Positions 28,214 to 38,337 of a stretch of 42,159 bases of DNA are shown piece by piece. The DNA is from Candidatus Sysuiplasma jiujiangense (GTDB taxonomy: Archaea; Thermoplasmatota; Thermoplasmata; Sysuiplasmatales; Sysuiplasmataceae): NCBI GenBank assembly GCA_019721075.1, contig JAHEAD010000018.1, positions 1 to 42,159 of the forward strand, in the 5' to 3' direction. The translations under genes were made by a program, and so were the position numbers. Within the stretch, counting starts at the first letter, position 1. Every line of letters begins with the position of its first letter. Under the pieces are notes generated by a model that was given only the letters and a program-made list of their open reading frames with translations, did no database searches and was not told the origin of the DNA.

Positions 28214-29596
28214 TCAGACACTTTCCTCTATTCCGAAATCGCTGAAATGCAGAGATATCCTGGGTGCTACAGTCTTGAAGGACTCGACGGTTTTTTCTAT
28301 ATCCTCCTCGTTATGGACGACGGATACGGTCCACTGTTCGTCCGGACCCGGAGCTGCCGGGATTACACCAAGATTGGTCATGGCGAGGTAGTAGTAATTC
28401 CATTTGCCGGTATTGCCTAGTAGGAATTCCCTCCAGTTTTCAGGCTGCCTGCTGTTGAATGAAATGGCACCGCTTACCCCTGCAACAGGGACGTGCGAAA
28501 CTATTTCGTTCATTGACAGTATGTCGCCATATGCGGAGGCAAGTTCGGAGGATAATTTCTGTGCATGTGAGATTGCGTTACGGGTGAGGATTTGTTCAAG
28601 CGATATGACGACCGCCTCCATGCTGAGCGGATTGGAATTGAAGGTACCTGCATGAGAAACCATTCCGGGTCCCACATTTTCCATTATCTCCTTCCGCCCC
28701 GCAATTGCCGAAACAGGCAGGCCGCTGCCTATCGCCTTTCCCAGTATCTTCATGTCCGGCTTCACTCCGAGGGCTTCTTCAGCACCGCCATAGAACTTAC
28801 CGCAGGTCTTTACCTCGTCAAAAATAAGTATTATGCCGTAACGGTCGCAGAGCTTCCTGAGACCGGATATGAATTCCTTTCGGGGTATGACCACACCCAT
28901 ATTCATTGGATAGGGCTCCAGTATGATTGCTGCGATATTACCATTGGCTGATTCCACTATTCTTTCAGTTGATGCGATATCATTGAACGGCGCGACAATG
29001 ACGCCTTCTTTCATCCCGGACGGGATGCCGGGACCTGCGGGTATCGTATTGGGTCTCTCAGAGGGACCGGCCACTTCCACCGATGGTTTGACGCTGAAGA
29101 GCAGATCGCTGTTGCTGCCATGGTAGCATCCTTCGAACTTCATTATGGCATCCCGTCCGGTGAAGGCTCTTGCCATTCTGAGGCCATGCATTGTCGCCTC
29201 AGTGCCGGTGTTTGAAAAACGAACCATGTCAGCGGAAAATCTGCCGGCGACTGCCTCAGCCGCCCTTATCCCGATTTCGTCTTCGAAGCCAAGCATTGGA
29301 GACTCCTCGAGCCTTCTTTTCAGGGACTGAACGACAAGCGGATGCGAATGCCCGGCCAGCAGTGCGCCATATCCCAGGCTGAAATCTATGTATTCATTAC
29401 CGTCTGCATCGTAGATTTTCTGCCCCCTTCCTCTCCGAGCAAATATAGGATACGGTCTGGTGAACCTGTAGTTGGAATGCACACCAAACGGAGTCACGAG
29501 GGATGCGGTTTTCCACAGTTCGCCTGATTTACGAGTCCTTTTCAGGAATTTCTCATTCTCTGCGCTGAGCACTGCTTCCGAACTGATTCTATCCAA
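28214..29596 (-). CDS. Class III PLP aminotransferase, glutamate-1-semialdehyde aminomutase-like paralog
   Basis: DADGNEYIDF, VRFSNTGTEATM, KFEGCYHG, LIFDEVKT, LGKAIGSGLP and HAGTFNSNP motifs. Confidence 0.85.
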   Translation of the reverse strand: MDRISSEAVLSAENEKFLKRTRKSGELWKTASLVTPFGVHSNYRFTRPYPIFARRGRGQKIYDADGNEYIDFSLGYGALLAGHSHPLVVQSLKRRLEESPMLGFEDEIGIRAAEAVAGRFSADMVRFSNTGTEATMHGLRMARAFTGRDAIMKFEGCYHGSNSDLLFSVKPSVEVAGPSERPNTIPAGPGIPSGMKEGVIVAPFNDIASTERIVESANGNIAAIILEPYPMNMGVVIPRKEFISGLRKLCDRYGIILIFDEVKTCGKFYGGAEEALGVKPDMKILGKAIGSGLPVSAIAGRKEIMENVGPGMVSHAGTFNSNPLSMEAVVISLEQILTRNAISHAQKLSSELASAYGDILSMNEIVSHVPVAGVSGAISFNSRQPENWREFLLGNTGKWNYYYLAMTNLGVIPAAPGPDEQWTVSVVHNEEDIEKTVESFKTVAPRISLHFSDFGIEESV

Positions 29597-29832
29597 TGTA
29601 TCACTTTCTTACTCCTTACCTGCATTTGTGGAAATTATCCAGCAATACAGTTAAATTTAGACACGTTATCAATGTTTACTGAGTATAAAATGAATTCTGG
29701 TCCCGTAACAGCATAAATTGAGAAAAATTCGATATTTGGCTGATTCAATCGTAAAGGACCGGATAAAGTATTTCAATTCACAGAAGACTCATGGGTGTTC
29801 GAAACAGGTGAAACAAAGGAAGGGGAATTTGA

Positions 29833-31338
29833 TTGAGTGAAAATATGCAATTGTACAGAGACTACATTAACGGCGAATGGACGGATGCTGATAACGGTGC
29901 GACACAGAAGATCATAAATCCGGCAACCGAAGAGATAATAGCGGAAGTTCCGAGGGGTGGTGCATCCGATGCAAAGAAGGCGATAGACGCCGCGAGAGAT
30001 GCATTCGACAACGGGAAATGGCCAAGAATGACACCCGGCGAGCGTTCGCTCGTAATGCTGAATCTCGCATCGCTCGTCGAGGTAAACATCGATGAGCTTG
30101 CCAGGCTGGAAACAATGAATCAGGGAAAGACGATAAAGCAGTCGAGAGACGGCGACTTTCCCTTCAGCGTTGACAACATAAGGTTTTATGCCGGGGCGGC
30201 CAGGGCACTGCCAGGTCTGCCGGCAATGGAATACATGTCGACCGGAACCAGCTATGTGAGAAGGGAACCTGTCGGCGTTGTGGCCCAGATTACACCCTGG
30301 AACTATCCATGGATGATGGCCATCTGGAAAGCTGGACCTGCGCTTGCTACGGGAAATACAGTGGTACTCAAGCCTGCGAGCCTCACTCCGCTGACGACGA
30401 TAAAATTTGCAGAGTTGTGCGAGAAGGCTGGTTTTCCCAGGGGTGTCGTCAATGTGGTCACCGGACCCGGGGAAGTTATCGGAAGCGAGTTCACAGGCAG
30501 TCCAAAGGTTGACATGATTTCAATAACCGGCGACACGGCGACGGGAAAAAAGATAATGGAAAAATCCGCTGCGACGCTGAAGAAACTGCACCTGGAGCTC
30601 GGCGGCAAGGCGCCGTTCATTGTGTTCGAGGATGCGGATCTTGAGGCGGCGGTGCGGGGAGCCGCTGCGGCCGGATACGTCAACGGCGGACAGGATTGCA
30701 CGCAGGCTGCACGATTCTATGTCCATGAGAAACTTTATGATAGATTTGTCAGACACCTGGTTGAAGAAAGTTCCAAGGTCAGGATCGGCGATCCGCTGAA
30801 CAGAAACACGGATCTCGGCCCGCTTGTATCAGCAACTCAGAGAGACAGGATTGAAAACTACGTGCTGCATGGCCGGGAGGAGGGGGCGAAACTGGAATTT
30901 GGCGGCAAAAGACCGGATGCAATGAGGAAGGGGTTCTATTTCGAGCCTACTGTGTTCAGCAACGTAACCCAGGACATGAAAATCGCAAGAGAGGAGATAT
31001 TCGGCCCGGTCCTTCCGGTGCTCAGCTTCTCGTCGTTTGACGAGGTTATAGGCAATTCGAACGACACCGTCTACGGCCTCCACAGCTCTGTGTGGACATC
31101 CAGTGTCGGAACTGCGATGAAGGTTGCGTCCAGGCTGAGATTCGGGGCAGTCCAGGTAAACGACCACCTGCCCATAACATCAGAAATGCCTCACGGCGGC
31201 TACAAGCAGTCAGGCTTCGGCAAGGACATGTCGCTCTATTCGCTTGAGGAATACACCCAGATCAAGCATGTGTATTTCGACATGACTGGAGACAGGAGAA
31301 AGGGCTGGCATTACATAACATACGGCGATCCTTCCTGA
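29833..31338 (+). CDS. Aldehyde dehydrogenase, gamma-aminobutyraldehyde dehydrogenase (PatD)-like
   Basis: PWNYP, LELGGKAP, GYVNGGQDCT, EEIFGPV and SEMPHGGYKQSGFGKDMSLYSLEEYT motifs. Alternative ATG at 29845. Confidence 0.85.
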   Translation: MSENMQLYRDYINGEWTDADNGATQKIINPATEEIIAEVPRGGASDAKKAIDAARDAFDNGKWPRMTPGERSLVMLNLASLVEVNIDELARLETMNQGKTIKQSRDGDFPFSVDNIRFYAGAARALPGLPAMEYMSTGTSYVRREPVGVVAQITPWNYPWMMAIWKAGPALATGNTVVLKPASLTPLTTIKFAELCEKAGFPRGVVNVVTGPGEVIGSEFTGSPKVDMISITGDTATGKKIMEKSAATLKKLHLELGGKAPFIVFEDADLEAAVRGAAAAGYVNGGQDCTQAARFYVHEKLYDRFVRHLVEESSKVRIGDPLNRNTDLGPLVSATQRDRIENYVLHGREEGAKLEFGGKRPDAMRKGFYFEPTVFSNVTQDMKIAREEIFGPVLPVLSFSSFDEVIGNSNDTVYGLHSSVWTSSVGTAMKVASRLRFGAVQVNDHLPITSEMPHGGYKQSGFGKDMSLYSLEEYTQIKHVYFDMTGDRRKGWHYITYGDPS

Positions 31339-31409
31339 AGACAGCAGCATCAGCTGAGGCCGAGGACAACTGACTATACTCAGAAGCTGACTGATAAGGC
31401 GCATCCTGC

Positions 31410-33365
31410 TCATTTTAGATTTTCAATTTCAACAGGTTCAATGTCCTCGGCTGTTCTGAAGTTCAGAATCCTGGAATAGAAATAGTACTCTGCCTCAAAC
31501 GCGCGTTTGATGTTCCGGGCATCACGGAAACCGTGCTGTTCTCCTTCGAAGAGCAGGTACGAGGTGGGAATGCCTTTCCGTTTGAGCGCACTGAATATCA
31601 GTTCTGCCTGATCCGGGGGAACAATCCTGTCTTCCTTTCCCTGGAATAATATCACGGGAGCATCAATGCTCTCAACATGATGTATTGCAGAACGTTCACG
31701 GTAGATGTCCCTCCTCGCTGGATACGGACCCACGAGCGTGTCAAGATATCGTGATTCGAATTTATGGGTCTCCCTGACCATAAGTTCAAGATCGCTCAGA
31801 CCGTAGTAACTTGCGCCTGCCCTGAACACCTTTCTGAAGGTAAGGGCACAGAGCGTTGTGTAACCGCCAGCGCTTCCTCCGAGGATGAGGAGTCTGTTCC
31901 TGTCAACCCTGCCTGTTGAGCTCAAAAACAGCGCCCCGCTGACGCAGTCGTCGACGTCCGCAATGCCCCACTGCCCATTCAGTTTCATCCTGTATGCACG
32001 GCCGTATCCCGAGCTTCCGCGATAGTTGACATCCAGAACAGCGAATCCTCTGGAAGTCCAGTACTGTATGGCCGGACTGAAACGGGTTGAAGCGGCGCTT
32101 GTCGGACCTCCGTGGCTCATAACTATCAGAGGAGGAAGTTCGCCCGCAGGCTGGACATGCATGCTGTTTCTGGGCGCATAAAATAGGGCATAGGCGCTCC
32201 CGCCGCCTGCAGCCGGAAATGCCAGGTGTTCCGGGAATGAAATTGAGTCCCCGGGAATGCCGGTTACGGAAGGACAGTACAACTTGTCAAACACACCGTT
32301 GGTCGGATCAAACCTTACAAGAGAAGACGGAATTGCGGGAGATGAGGCAACGAAATATGCGTTTCCGCCTGCAGACTGAACGTAGGAGAAGTCGGTATAC
32401 CTTGATGGAATCTGTTTGATACTGCCGTCAGCCGCATCAATAATTCCAAGATGCCATGTGCCATTCTGCGAATATGCACAGATTATTTTGTCTCCGGGGA
32501 GAAAGGCATAATGCGAAATGCCGAAAACCCACGCAGGCCTGGAAAAGTCGGCTTCAACGGGGCTGATGCATTCAACCACCCCCCTTCTGTATGCATGAAT
32601 ATTCCACCATCCTGACTCCCGGTCAGAGACAAAGAAGAGTGTTCCATCGGCAGACCATCCGGGCTCGGAAATGCATTCATCGTCTCCGCCCGCTACTTTA
32701 ATCCTGTTCAGAATGCTGCCGCCGGATGATATGTCACCCAGCCAGAGTTCAGTACTGTAGAAAGGCATTGATGGATGATTCCACGTCAGCCATGCAACCT
32801 TTTTTCCGTCGGGTGAAACTCTGGGGGACGAATAGAAGTCATTGCCTTCTACAAGCACCCTGGATTCGCCACCTGCTTCAGCATCCAGAGACGCGATTGT
32901 GTTCTCTGCTTCTGTCCCATCGGAAAAGTGTTTTTCCCTGACAAGAATTATTCTGCGGTTCATACTGTCGTATGCCGGATCTGCATAGAAGACATCCGAT
33001 TCTGAGCTGAAAGGTTCGGGTTGACCTTTGCCGTCCAGGTCCTGCACGTAAATCTTCTGATCTCTGAAATTCGAGAAATAAACTTTGCCGTCAACGACGA
33101 TATAACACAACCCGCCGTACTCGTGTACCCTCGTGCGTGCATTGAATCCCGGCGGGATTATGTCGTAAACCTGTTTTCCTGCAGTTCTGCACATGATGAC
33201 GTTCCTGCCCGATTCGGAAGGTCTCTGCTCGGTCCAGAGGATTCGTCCATTCTCGAGGGCAAGCACACTGCTGAGTTCGCTGGCTGACGACGCGGTTGCT
33301 TCCGCGCTGACAGGCGACTTCCACGTACCATAGGGTGCAGTAATCATTCCCGCACTGTCCGACAT
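31410..33365 (-). CDS. S9-family peptidase (dipeptidyl aminopeptidase/acylaminoacyl peptidase)
   Basis: APYGTWKSP, RTRVHEYGG, HGGPT, NYRGSSGYG, GGSAGG (Ser), QGKEDRIVP (Asp) and EQHGF (His). ATG 33365 lies about 26 nt from an ATAAATATAA box. Confidence 0.92.
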   Translation of the reverse strand: MSDSAGMITAPYGTWKSPVSAEATASSASELSSVLALENGRILWTEQRPSESGRNVIMCRTAGKQVYDIIPPGFNARTRVHEYGGLCYIVVDGKVYFSNFRDQKIYVQDLDGKGQPEPFSSESDVFYADPAYDSMNRRIILVREKHFSDGTEAENTIASLDAEAGGESRVLVEGNDFYSSPRVSPDGKKVAWLTWNHPSMPFYSTELWLGDISSGGSILNRIKVAGGDDECISEPGWSADGTLFFVSDRESGWWNIHAYRRGVVECISPVEADFSRPAWVFGISHYAFLPGDKIICAYSQNGTWHLGIIDAADGSIKQIPSRYTDFSYVQSAGGNAYFVASSPAIPSSLVRFDPTNGVFDKLYCPSVTGIPGDSISFPEHLAFPAAGGGSAYALFYAPRNSMHVQPAGELPPLIVMSHGGPTSAASTRFSPAIQYWTSRGFAVLDVNYRGSSGYGRAYRMKLNGQWGIADVDDCVSGALFLSSTGRVDRNRLLILGGSAGGYTTLCALTFRKVFRAGASYYGLSDLELMVRETHKFESRYLDTLVGPYPARRDIYRERSAIHHVESIDAPVILFQGKEDRIVPPDQAELIFSALKRKGIPTSYLLFEGEQHGFRDARNIKRAFEAEYYFYSRILNFRTAEDIEPVEIENLK

Positions 33366-33463
33366 CGGGAAGAGCATGGTTTCGGTCACTTTATATTTAT
33401 CACGGCATCAGGCGGATATGCTGGAAATCGAATACCTGCCACCCGTTTCAGTGGTGATTGACT

Positions 33464-34615
33464 TCAGAATGTCCTGTGCACCATCCTGACGTCCAGATCC
33501 CGGAGTATTTCAAAGTACCTGTCAGGATTCAGATGTTCGGGCGGATATATGCCCGGCGATATGTGATCGTCTTCAAGCAACTGCAGCGCTCCTGCTGCTG
33601 CACCGGTACCGGTCAGGTAGGAAGTTGCGGTTACGCCGTATTTCCTGTAGCAATACTTGTGATCCAGGACGGCGTAGAGCACATGCTTTACCTTCTTCCC
33701 CTTCTTCCTGCCTGCAACCTCGACAAGTACTATTGCCTTGCCTGTAATATCGGAGCCAAGCTGTGCGGGCTGTGGTATCAGTTTCAGCGTGACATCAATG
33801 GGTCTGACTTCGATGTCCCCCACTCTGATTTTTGTCTCTGAAGTGAAGCCAAGATTCTCCATAACTTCAAGATACTTCAGCGTATCATCTGTCAGTGCCA
33901 GCTTGAAGTCGACATACTTTATTCCCTTGCCAATAGTTTTCGAGAGACTGTAAACTTCCTCATGATCAACACTGTACACGGGGAGTCTGCCGATGCCCCC
34001 CGGGAAGTCGTACCATTCTTTGTCGCTGAATTTGTCTATGCGGTTGAGTTTTCCGTTCCTGAATATCGCAGGCTTCTCCATGGTTTCACCGATGAATGTT
34101 GCAGGCGAGAAGAGGCAAACGAACGGGTATTTCCTGCTGTTTGCAGTTTCACCATCTCTTATTCTGACGGATTCGACCCGGTCGAGCCTGTTTGCCGCAT
34201 ACATCGCTGCTATGTTGCTTATGCCCGGATCTTCTCCAAGGCCCAGTATTGCCGTGTTGCCTCTCTTTTTCCAGGCATCGTTAAAACGATACTGTTCATT
34301 CATATCCTCGGTTGAAGCGAGATCGATGTATTTTGCCCCGGCTTCCAGAGCAGCATTCATTATCCCCACATTGAAACGGGGAAGGGATGAATTTATGACG
34401 AGACCTTTTCCCTTCAACGCATCTTCAACTTCGGAAACATTTGCCGCGTCCAGTTTTACCGGTTCGACCTTCTTCTTGCCAATTCTCGTTGCAACCCTTT
34501 CGGCCTGCGCAATGTCTATATCTGCAAGTTGAAGGCTGTCAACCTTTTTGCTGGACGAGAGATGTCTCGCGATTACCGTGCCTACTCCACCTGTTCCTAT
34601 CAACAGAACTTCCAA
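33464..34615 (-). CDS. Saccharopine-dehydrogenase-fold oxidoreductase (carboxyspermidine dehydrogenase / lysine 6-dehydrogenase-like) #1
   Basis: IGTGGVG, ADID, YIDLA, GLGEDPGISN, DHEEV and SYLTG motifs. The TTG at 34615 follows a GGTGA RBS (ORF track start 34672). Confidence 0.82.
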   Translation of the reverse strand: MEVLLIGTGGVGTVIARHLSSSKKVDSLQLADIDIAQAERVATRIGKKKVEPVKLDAANVSEVEDALKGKGLVINSSLPRFNVGIMNAALEAGAKYIDLASTEDMNEQYRFNDAWKKRGNTAILGLGEDPGISNIAAMYAANRLDRVESVRIRDGETANSRKYPFVCLFSPATFIGETMEKPAIFRNGKLNRIDKFSDKEWYDFPGGIGRLPVYSVDHEEVYSLSKTIGKGIKYVDFKLALTDDTLKYLEVMENLGFTSETKIRVGDIEVRPIDVTLKLIPQPAQLGSDITGKAIVLVEVAGRKKGKKVKHVLYAVLDHKYCYRKYGVTATSYLTGTGAAAGALQLLEDDHISPGIYPPEHLNPDRYFEILRDLDVRMVHRTF

Positions 34616-35075
34616 AATTTCACCACTATTGACCTCAGAATCCCATTCGGCTGCCGAGATCGAGGTTTCCACTTAAGATATGGTATTTATTGGTTGTTCC
34701 TAATCTGCATACTTGAAGCGGATGTGCTCAAAAGATTAATAACAGAAGATGCCTAGACCGGTGAAATTCGGATAATTTTTATGTTTTTCGTAATGAATTT
34801 TAGACACTGTTTTATCATAAAATATGGAAATCATCTAATTTTCCGGATATATTGTGGCGGAAATTTCAATGTTTGATGCAGAAGCTAAATTATGAAAAAT
34901 AATCAGAAACTTTTATATCGCATCAGAACAATCCCGCCAGAACAGCAAATAGGTTGAGGGGATTAGTTTTGAACGTGTGTTTAAGGTCAGGGGCTGCATC
35001 GGTTCGTCTACGAACAGAATGTTTTTTTATTCATTTGCGATATGAATGCAGCGGGCATTGTGGTCTGGTGAGAAT

Positions 35076-36836
35076 ATGAATTTTAAGGTTATAGTGGCAA
35101 TCATTGTTGTGATCGTACTTGTTATTGCAGGATCGGCTGCCTATGTGCTTCTTTCACATAAACCGGCAGTTGTTCCCTCGACAATAGTGGTGGACGCTTC
35201 AACTCAGCCGGGTACAGTTGACCCTGCTGCGGCCGGTTCGACATCAAGCTGGGGTGCCGTACAGCAGATTTACCAGACACTGGTTGCCTATAACGGTTCC
35301 TCCGATACAAGTTTTGTAGGCCAGCTGGCATATAATTGGAGCCACGGTCCGACCTATATGAACTGGACGTTCTATCTGAGACATAATGTCACATTCAGCA
35401 ATGGCGATCCCTTCAATGCCTATGTTATGTGGTACTCGCTCTACAGGGGTATGGTCATGAACCTTACGATGTCCTATGTCCTGTGGGAGAGCTTCAACGA
35501 CACTACGATAGGACCAGCTTTCCTCAACAGTGCGAATTTCAGTTCACCCAGTGCATCTCAGCTGGCTGTAATGGAAAACACGAGTCTGCCCATTTATGTC
35601 ATAAATCAGTATGAGATACACTTCGCACAGGGCTCGGGTTACTTCGGTGATGTCCCGTATGCACATTTCCTCGCAACTCTTACTGTTCCGGTCTGTGCAG
35701 CAGTCGATCCCATTTATATTGATGCTCACGGTGGTGTGGTGGCAGATCAGAAGAATGGCTACCTTTCAGACAATGCTATGGGGACAGGTCCCTACGAGCT
35801 CAAGACTTGGGTAAAGGGGTCGTATATGGAGTTCGTAAAGTCACCTGATTACTGGGGACTGCAACTACCCTCCTCCCAGTTGAATAACGCCATCGATCCT
35901 GCGAGAAGCAATGTGACAGTCGATTATGTCGGCGTGGCAACAACTGCAATAGCCAATATCAAGAGCGGGAAGGCACAGATTATTGATGCCGAATACAGCC
36001 CTACAGTCATTAACTCGCTGAAGTCAACACCAGGCATAACCGTTACAGAGATGCCGCCCATTTATGGCTCCACGCAGGCGTCCTGGTTCATGTACATGAA
36101 TACGTCGTATGAGTACTTCAGCAACCTGTCTGTCAGAGCGGCCATAGTTCATGCCCTGAATTATTCAGAAATCATCAGTCTTGCGTTTGGAGGATATGCA
36201 TACCCATGGGTCGGACCCGTGGTACCCGGCTATCCTGATTACAATCCCAACAACCTTTCGCCTTACCAGTATAATCTGACCCTTGCCAAGAGCGAAATGA
36301 AGGCTGCCGGCCATCCCAATGGCTTACCCGGCACCTTCAATTTTCTCTATGTATCATCCACGGACATAACTTCAGCAGCGGATATCATCAAATCCGACCT
36401 CAGTGCTATAGGGATCAACATAACACTTGAGGGAGTTTCCCTGTCTTCGTTCGACAGCATTACTTTTCCGCCCACCGCCAACGTTTCCGCGTATCCCCTG
36501 GGTTTGGATTTCTACTCTGCGGATTATGTTTCACCGGATGACGCTACCCAGCAGATAGTTCTGCCGGGCGGAACAGCCTGGCCGCCTTCAAACTGGACCA
36601 ACACCACAATAGACAACGAAGCATACAGTGCGATGTCCAACGTAAGTGCTTCAGCGGTAAGTCAGATGTATGCAAACATCACAGCCGCAATGTATAACCA
36701 GTACATTGATGCGTGGCTTGCTGTTCCAGCCGTCTTCGCAATATATTCGTCAAATCTTCACGGTATGGTTTTCAACGCCATGGGCAGTGTCGCTCCCAAC
36801 TTTGTCATGTACTTCAATACGCTGTATTTGACCTGA
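35076..36836 (+). CDS. Family 5 (Dpp/Opp-type) ABC transporter solute-binding protein, membrane-anchored
   Basis: N-terminal TM anchor; TVDPA, IYQTLV, GQLA..W, FYLRHNVTFSNGDPFNA, GTGPY and VRAAI..ALN motifs. ATG 35076 follows a GGTGAG RBS. Confidence 0.9.
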   Translation: MNFKVIVAIIVVIVLVIAGSAAYVLLSHKPAVVPSTIVVDASTQPGTVDPAAAGSTSSWGAVQQIYQTLVAYNGSSDTSFVGQLAYNWSHGPTYMNWTFYLRHNVTFSNGDPFNAYVMWYSLYRGMVMNLTMSYVLWESFNDTTIGPAFLNSANFSSPSASQLAVMENTSLPIYVINQYEIHFAQGSGYFGDVPYAHFLATLTVPVCAAVDPIYIDAHGGVVADQKNGYLSDNAMGTGPYELKTWVKGSYMEFVKSPDYWGLQLPSSQLNNAIDPARSNVTVDYVGVATTAIANIKSGKAQIIDAEYSPTVINSLKSTPGITVTEMPPIYGSTQASWFMYMNTSYEYFSNLSVRAAIVHALNYSEIISLAFGGYAYPWVGPVVPGYPDYNPNNLSPYQYNLTLAKSEMKAAGHPNGLPGTFNFLYVSSTDITSAADIIKSDLSAIGINITLEGVSLSSFDSITFPPTANVSAYPLGLDFYSADYVSPDDATQQIVLPGGTAWPPSNWTNTTIDNEAYSAMSNVSASAVSQMYANITAAMYNQYIDAWLAVPAVFAIYSSNLHGMVFNAMGSVAPNFVMYFNTLYLT

Positions 36837-36990
36837 CCGGGCACTGCATTCCAAACCTTTTCCCATAACCGGTTGGCAATCTGTTAGTGTGCTTCGCATG
36901 ACGCTCATCATGTCATGATCACAGAATTAAGTGAAGTGTTTTCCAATGAAGGTCCAATGAAGGGTGAGGATGAGGAGAAACCCGGGAGAT

Positions 36991-37998
36991 ATGCTGATTT
37001 TTATCCTGAAAAGGATAGGCCTGATGTTTTTTCTTCTGATAGGGACAACGTTTATTGTCTTCGTATTATCCCACATGATGCTCCCTGACCCGGCCGTTGT
37101 CTGGGCTGGAAGGCATGCGAGCCATTCCGAAATAACTGCTATCGTTGCTGAATACCACCTCAACGCTCCTTTCTACACACAGTATTACTACTACATGAAG
37201 GGAATTCTGACGGGTAACTGGGGAACAAATACAATCAATGGCGCCCCCATACTGCCTGAACTGTTGCATTATTTTCCGGCCACGCTGGAACTGGTCCTCG
37301 CCTCCCTTCTTATCATGATGGCCGTTGGCATTCCGCTGGGTGTGATTGCCGCGTCCAGACAGGGTAAAACCGCAGATCACATTGTGAGGGCACTATATCT
37401 CAGCGGCTGGGCGACACCGACATTTCTGGGAGGTGTAATACTCGTCCTGATATTCGGTCTTTACATCCGCATTCTACCCGACACGGGTATGATCAATCCT
37501 TCCCTGACCCCGCCGCCGACAATAACGGGAATGCCCGTTGTCGACAGTCTTCTTGCGCTGAATTTCACCGATTTCGTAAGTTCGGTCAGGCATCTCATTC
37601 TGCCGGCAGTATCGCTTGCATTTCTGAACTTCGGCATAACCACCAGAATGACGCGTTCTTCCATGCTGGAGGTCTTATCTCTCGATTATATCAAGGCTGC
37701 CCGCTCTAAAGGGCTTGCAGAATCGGTGGTGCTCTTTAAACATGTACTGCGCAATGCACTGACTTCCACCGTAACAGTTCTGGCGTTGATGACAGGTTCA
37801 CTTCTTTCGGGCACGGTCGTCATTGAAGAGATTTTTGGCTGGCCGGGAATCGGGACGTTCGCATACAATTCAATTGTAGTGTCGGATTTTCCCGCAATTA
37901 TCGGCGTTACAATTTTCTTTGCCGCCGGAGTAATAATCGCAAATCTGATCGCTGACGTTCTCTACGCTGTCCTCGATCCCAAGGTTGAATGGGGATAA
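36991..37998 (+). CDS. ABC transporter permease, DppB/OppB-like
   Basis: FPATLEL, HLILPA, TRMTRSSMLEVL..DYIKAARSKGL (EAA loop), KHVLRNA, EEIFGWPGIG and NLIADVLYAVLDP motifs. Confidence 0.93.
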   Translation: MLIFILKRIGLMFFLLIGTTFIVFVLSHMMLPDPAVVWAGRHASHSEITAIVAEYHLNAPFYTQYYYYMKGILTGNWGTNTINGAPILPELLHYFPATLELVLASLLIMMAVGIPLGVIAASRQGKTADHIVRALYLSGWATPTFLGGVILVLIFGLYIRILPDTGMINPSLTPPPTITGMPVVDSLLALNFTDFVSSVRHLILPAVSLAFLNFGITTRMTRSSMLEVLSLDYIKAARSKGLAESVVLFKHVLRNALTSTVTVLALMTGSLLSGTVVIEEIFGWPGIGTFAYNSIVVSDFPAIIGVTIFFAAGVIIANLIADVLYAVLDPKVEWG

Positions 37999-38141
37999 AT
38001 GGATTTCTTCCAATATTTACTGCAAGTTCCTGAAATGCCATTCATCACTTGAATCTCTTGCTCTCCGGAAAGCGATTGATACTGAGATCTTATGGCACTC
38101 CCTGAAAATTCTGCTGAAAACGTCCAATCTGTCCAATGTCA

Positions 38142-38192
38142 GTCGCTTCATCCCATGAATTCATTCATGGGCTTTCACGACCTTTCCGGTAA
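38142..38192 (-). repeat. Orphan IS200/IS605-type end hairpin, copy 2
   Basis: Minus strand reads TTAC-cggaaaggtcgtg-AAAG-CCCATGAAT-ga-ATTCATGGG-atgaagcgac. Perfect 9-bp inverted repeat at 38152-38171. Confidence 0.65.
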
Positions 38193-38337
38193 TACAATTC
38201 GACAGACCTGTGTGCAAATGGTTTCAGAATCCGACAAAGGTTAATGAGTGGACTTGCGCAGGATGCAGCAAACGGAAGGAAAAAGGTGCCTGCGAGCACA
38301 GCTTAACCAAAGACCGCTGCAGTCGATTAAACCCATA

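Noticed and set aside
29654..34807. Shared TTTAGACAC motif in two divergent promoter regions (29656-29664 and 34799-34807)
   Set aside because: One non-palindromic 9-mer match between AT-rich regions of several hundred bp is expected by chance.
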